A DNA stretch of 36,318 nt from assembly GCF_006345805.1 (NCBI RefSeq), contig NW_021824696.1, positions 1 to 36,318 of the forward strand, given 5' to 3'. Shown piece after piece: positions 32,757-36,318 of the stretch (position 1 is its first letter; the number at the start of each line of letters is the position of its first letter). The translations under genes and the position numbers were made by a program. The notes under the pieces are model-generated. The model worked only from the letters and a program-made list of their open reading frames with translations. It searched no databases and was not told where the DNA came from. The DNA comes from Octopus sinensis (lineage: Eukaryota).

Positions 32757-33885
32757 ATGGCACGATTTAAGGAATCAATCGCAGAAGTCCAAAAGGTGTA
32801 GAAACAAGAGATTAATCGGAACCACGCAAGCCACGTCACCATCTTTGCCGTGTCACCAACTTTGAAACGATTTGAATCTACAGGCTGACTTAAAGACCTA
32901 CGCCCGTGTGGAAGACCAGACAATCACTGTAAAAAGAACAGCTGTCTCTTATTACACATTTATGAACTGATCAGTTCATATTCCTCCCGCTCTATGTCAC
33001 GCTGGTGAGACCCATATTGGAGTACGGGATTCAAGCCTCTTCTCCTTATCTCCTCAAAGACAAACATCATCTCGAAAGAGTCCAGAAGCTGGCTACCCGC
33101 ATGGTTCTTGGTCTCAAGCATTTGTCTTATGAAGAAAGGCTGAAGACGCTCGACCTTTATTCTCTAGAAAAACGACGACGCCGTGGTGATCTCATTCTTG
33201 CCCACAACATCATAAGCGGAAAGTGTAACCTCTCGAAAGAGCTGTTCTTCACTCCTGCTCCAGAGCGTGGGCTGCAGGGTCACTCCGAAAAGCTCTATCT
33301 ACGACGATTTCATCTCAATCGAAGGAGAGGGGCTTTCTCCGTCCGGGTTGCGGATCCGTGGAATAAGCTGCCGGATGAGATAGAGAAGATGCCGACGACC
33401 GCTCGGTTCAAAGTCTCTCTTTGTATGACCACCTTCCCTGTACATAACTCGCTGTCCCCCTACATAGCCTTGCTTTTGCTTTTTGAGCCAATAAAAATTG
33501 ATTGATTGATTGATACATTTAAGCAAGATCCACTTGGTATCATACGGTAGGCTTTAAAAGTACTGTCTATCTCCAACAGCTCTATTCTAAAATATTGTAG
33601 TATGGCAAGTTTTGACTCGTTAATGGTTCAGAAACTATCTGACAATGATAAATGTAGAAGACCAGTCATGTGTGAGCATGCTATTGACATCATTGATTCA
33701 ATATCCACTGATACAGACTACACTACATCAAAGAGATTTTTATCTGGTGATGAAATTATCTGTCGTGTTTCGGTTACAGTTGTTGTCAGCAACTTCAATT
33801 GTGAAGAATGGGGTTATGAAAACCAAGACCCTCACCAAACACTTGCTTGTTGCTTTCAGATGCCAAAAATTACAGTTAAAGTACA
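32757..33885 (+). mobile_element. Decayed Tc1/mariner-superfamily transposase (rosa/DD41D-like motif pattern), split by CR1
   Basis: MARFKESIAEVQKV*KQEINRNHASHVTIFAVSPTLKRFESTG*LKDLRPCGRP, then (frameshift; CR1 removed) AVSYYTFKQDPLGIIR*ALKVLSISNSSIL...MVQKLSDNDKCRRPVMCE...FLSGDE...VSNFNCEEWGYEN...PKITV. Compare HTH + QELxxxD..RR..FCE..FSDE..VNxQNCRxWGxENP..PKVTV. Confidence 0.7.
32963..33514 (+). mobile_element. 5'-truncated CR1-clade LINE with 7-bp TSD
   Basis: Open frame IFLPLYVTLVRPILEYGIQASSPYLLKDKHHLERVQKLATRMVLGLKHLSYEERLKTLDLYSLEKRRRRGDLI...GHSEKL...FSVRVADPWNKLP is the CR1 ORF2 C-terminus. Followed by AATAAA and a (GATT)n tail. ACATTTA at 32956-32962 and 33515-33521. Confidence 0.93.
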
Positions 33886-34146
33886 TAATATAACATCGTG
33901 ATGTTTGGTTCTTTTTCTTTCGGTTTTTTTTTTCTTTATCATCACGACAAATTTGGAATTATTGGGAAATACTTTGGTACCAGATACTAAAAAATTACAA
34001 AAGACCGTTCTCGAGCAATATTCTATAGCAAGATACTACACTTCTACTCTGGGATTTCAATGTACTGTAATTTCTTAAGGAAGATTTTCCAAACCGTTTG
34101 TGGAGCAGAGATGAACTAACCTTTGATGATCTGCAATTATGAATAA

Positions 34147-34308
34147 GTCGCAGGAGTGGCTGTTACCAACCACATGGTTCCGGGTTAATTCCCACTGCGT
34201 GGCACCTTGGGCAAGTGTCTTCTACTATAGCCTCGTGCCGACCAAGGCCTTGTGAGTGGATTTGATAGACGGAAACTGAAAGAATCCTGTCGTATATATG
34301 TATATGTA

Positions 34309-34358
<50 letters not shown>

Positions 34359-34560
34359 TTTGTTTGTTTGTCCCCCCAACATTGCTTGACAACCGATGCT
34401 GGTGTGTTTACGTCTCCGTAACTTAGCGGTCCGGCAAAAGAGACCGATAGAATAAGTACTAGGCTTACAAAGAATAAGTCCTGGGGTCGATTTGTTCGAC
34501 TAAAGGCGGTGCTCCAGCATGGCCGCAGTCAAATGACTTAAACAAGAAAAAGAGTAAAAG
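34147..34560 (+). mobile_element. Family C (CORE-like) SINE with a small head deletion
   Basis: Contains GGCACCTTGGGCAAGTGTCTTC, central (GT)n and a full tail. Confidence 0.85.
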
Positions 34561-34734
34561 CGTAAGCAATTTCAGAACCGTCTTTTTCTCGGACTCGAAA
34601 GATTACGATTATATTTGAAAAGAAAGACAGCATCACCACAGCTTGAACTCACTTGATCATCGATCAGCTCAATCAAGAATGACCGTGGCATCAGCAACAA
34701 AACAAAACAATCTGAAATATATCTTTTTTTTTTA

Positions 34735-34945
34735 CCTCTTTACTTTATACTTGTTTCAGTCATTAGACTGCGGCTATGCTGGAGCACCGTCTTGAACTTT
34801 TTGGCCGAATGAATCGACCCCACTACTTATTTTTTTAAAGCCTAGTACTTATTCTATCTGTGTCTTTTGCCAAACAGCTAAGTTACGGGGACGCGAAAAC
34901 AGCAATACCCATTGTCAAGCGGTGGACGGGGAACAAACACAGACA

Positions 34946-35003
<58 letters not shown>

Positions 35004-35011
35004 CACACACA

Positions 35012-35051
<40 letters not shown>

Positions 35052-35181
35052 CGACGGGCTTCTTTCAGTTTCCGTTTACTAAATCCATTCACAAGGCTTT
35101 GGTCTGCCCGAGTCTAAAGTAGAATACGCTTGCCCAAGGTGCCACGCAGTGGGTTGAACCCGGAACCATGTGGTTGGGAAG
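34735..35181 (-). mobile_element. Family C (CORE-like) SINE, inverted relative to 34147-34560
   Basis: Reverse-complement copy with the 5' head partly missing. Confidence 0.8.
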
Positions 35182-35476
35182 CCTACGCCTATATGTTGAG
35201 TATTCTTTCTTTCTATAATAGGCGTAATCCAGCGAAGGCGTCTCTAAGTTGTTAAAGTTTCCTCATATTGCATACCTTCGTTTTGAAGATCGTAGAGAAA
35301 CTTGGACAACGGTGTCCTGAATATTAACAGGTTGATCATAGCTTGAACCCTTTTTAATCGTAGTGCTACTCATTTGGGGCTGACCTGGGCAGAGCTGGAT
35401 GTAGGTATCAGCCGAACAGGTTACAAGATTGAGCTTTACAATCTGAAGGAACACCAACATAATTAAATCACGTATA

Positions 35477-36318
35477 CGAGGTGCGTTCAGAAAAGTATCC
35501 GAATTTATTTTTTCTCTCCAAAACTTATGCCTCGTGGGGAAAATTCTTTAGGTGATAGGTAACGCCACCTTTCCTGTGCATGCATGAAATTTTTCGCGCT
35601 GGTAGGCCGCGTCAATTTCTGGCTGTTACGCCTAGAGTACAGACTTCTCCGTATTCACAAATCCTCTAAAATGCATTGATCCTGTGCTTATTCCCATTTC
35701 GTGGGCAATTTCATGGATTGTTACACGACTGTCTACCATAACTATTCGCCGAACCTTAATCGGCTCCTCATTTCGACTTGTGGATGGCCTGCTTGAATGA
35801 TCTTCGCTCTCAACTGAGGTGAGGTCATATTTGAGGCGGTTGTATCACTCCGTGATCTGAGTTTTTACCATGGCATCATCTCTAAACACCTGCTGAATCT
35901 TTTGGGTGGTTTGAGCATCAGTATCGCCAAGCTTTTGTCAAAACTTGACGCAATATCTCAGTTCGATGCAATCGGTGAAAACAAAAATCCGACGAGCGCG
36001 CATTACATGTCTGAGCTCTAGACATAACTGCCGGAAACTGACGCGGCATACTGGCGCGATAATTTTCGCGCATGTGCAGGAAGGGTGGCGTCGCCTTCCA
36101 CCCAATGGTTTTTCTCCACACAGTATTGGTTGTGACGTGAAGAACGTGCAATGAGACAAAACACGATAAACCCGTGACTTGAAAATAAATGGCCCGAAAT
36201 GCAAGAGCTTGCTACTTGGCAATGAATGATCATAGTGAGAGGTTCCGAAGTATAACACGTTACAGAGATTGCGTTTCTCGTCGGTACAGTACCGATGGAT
36301 TATAAAACACAAAAAGAC
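35477..36318 (-). mobile_element. Internally rearranged mariner element
   Basis: TA + CGAGGTGCGTTCAGAAAAGTATCC is a mariner-type TIR at 35477. Minus-strand 35980-35640 reads TDCIELRYCVKF*QKLGDTDAQTTQKIQQVFRDDAMVKTQITE*YNRLKYDLTSVESEDHSSRPSTSRNEE/VRRIVMVDSRVTIHEIAHEMGISTGS (mariner N-terminus). The other end is not seen and may lie beyond the window. Confidence 0.8.

Noticed and set aside
33602-33901. 99-aa ORF as a host gene
   Set aside because: It is the in-frame continuation of the decayed Tc1/mariner transposase, with an upstream in-frame stop.

Overview
AT-rich, microsatellite-dense animal genomic DNA with no recognisable host protein-coding exon, rRNA, intact tRNA gene or CRISPR array. 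The SINE families look like those of octopus, so a coleoid cephalopod (probably Octopus) origin is inferred, not proven. Almost all supplied ORFs are translations of simple repeats. The window is a nested graveyard of mobile elements. Retroelements: three restriction-like-endonuclease (R4/Dong-type) LINE 3' ends and two copies of a ~555-bp non-tRNA element (all but one LINE end in an (ATT)n nest), a decayed Penelope-like element (RT + GIY-YIG), a 5'-truncated CR1 with TSD, a Gypsy RNase H relic, and at least four tRNA-derived SINE types, one forming concatemers with a fixed junction. DNA elements: three non-autonomous Helitrons and three Tc1/mariner relics. The most interesting signals are RNA-structural: one apparently complete type I hammerhead ribozyme (26726-26828, +), a minimal dimer-type hammerhead (10128-10173, -), a core that ends at its cleavage triplet (16870-16901, -), and three fold-back structures (70-bp and 268-bp palindromes, 43-bp inverted arms) within ~3 kb of the complete ribozyme. 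All translations and pairings were done by eye. Family names come from remembered consensus motifs, not database searches.
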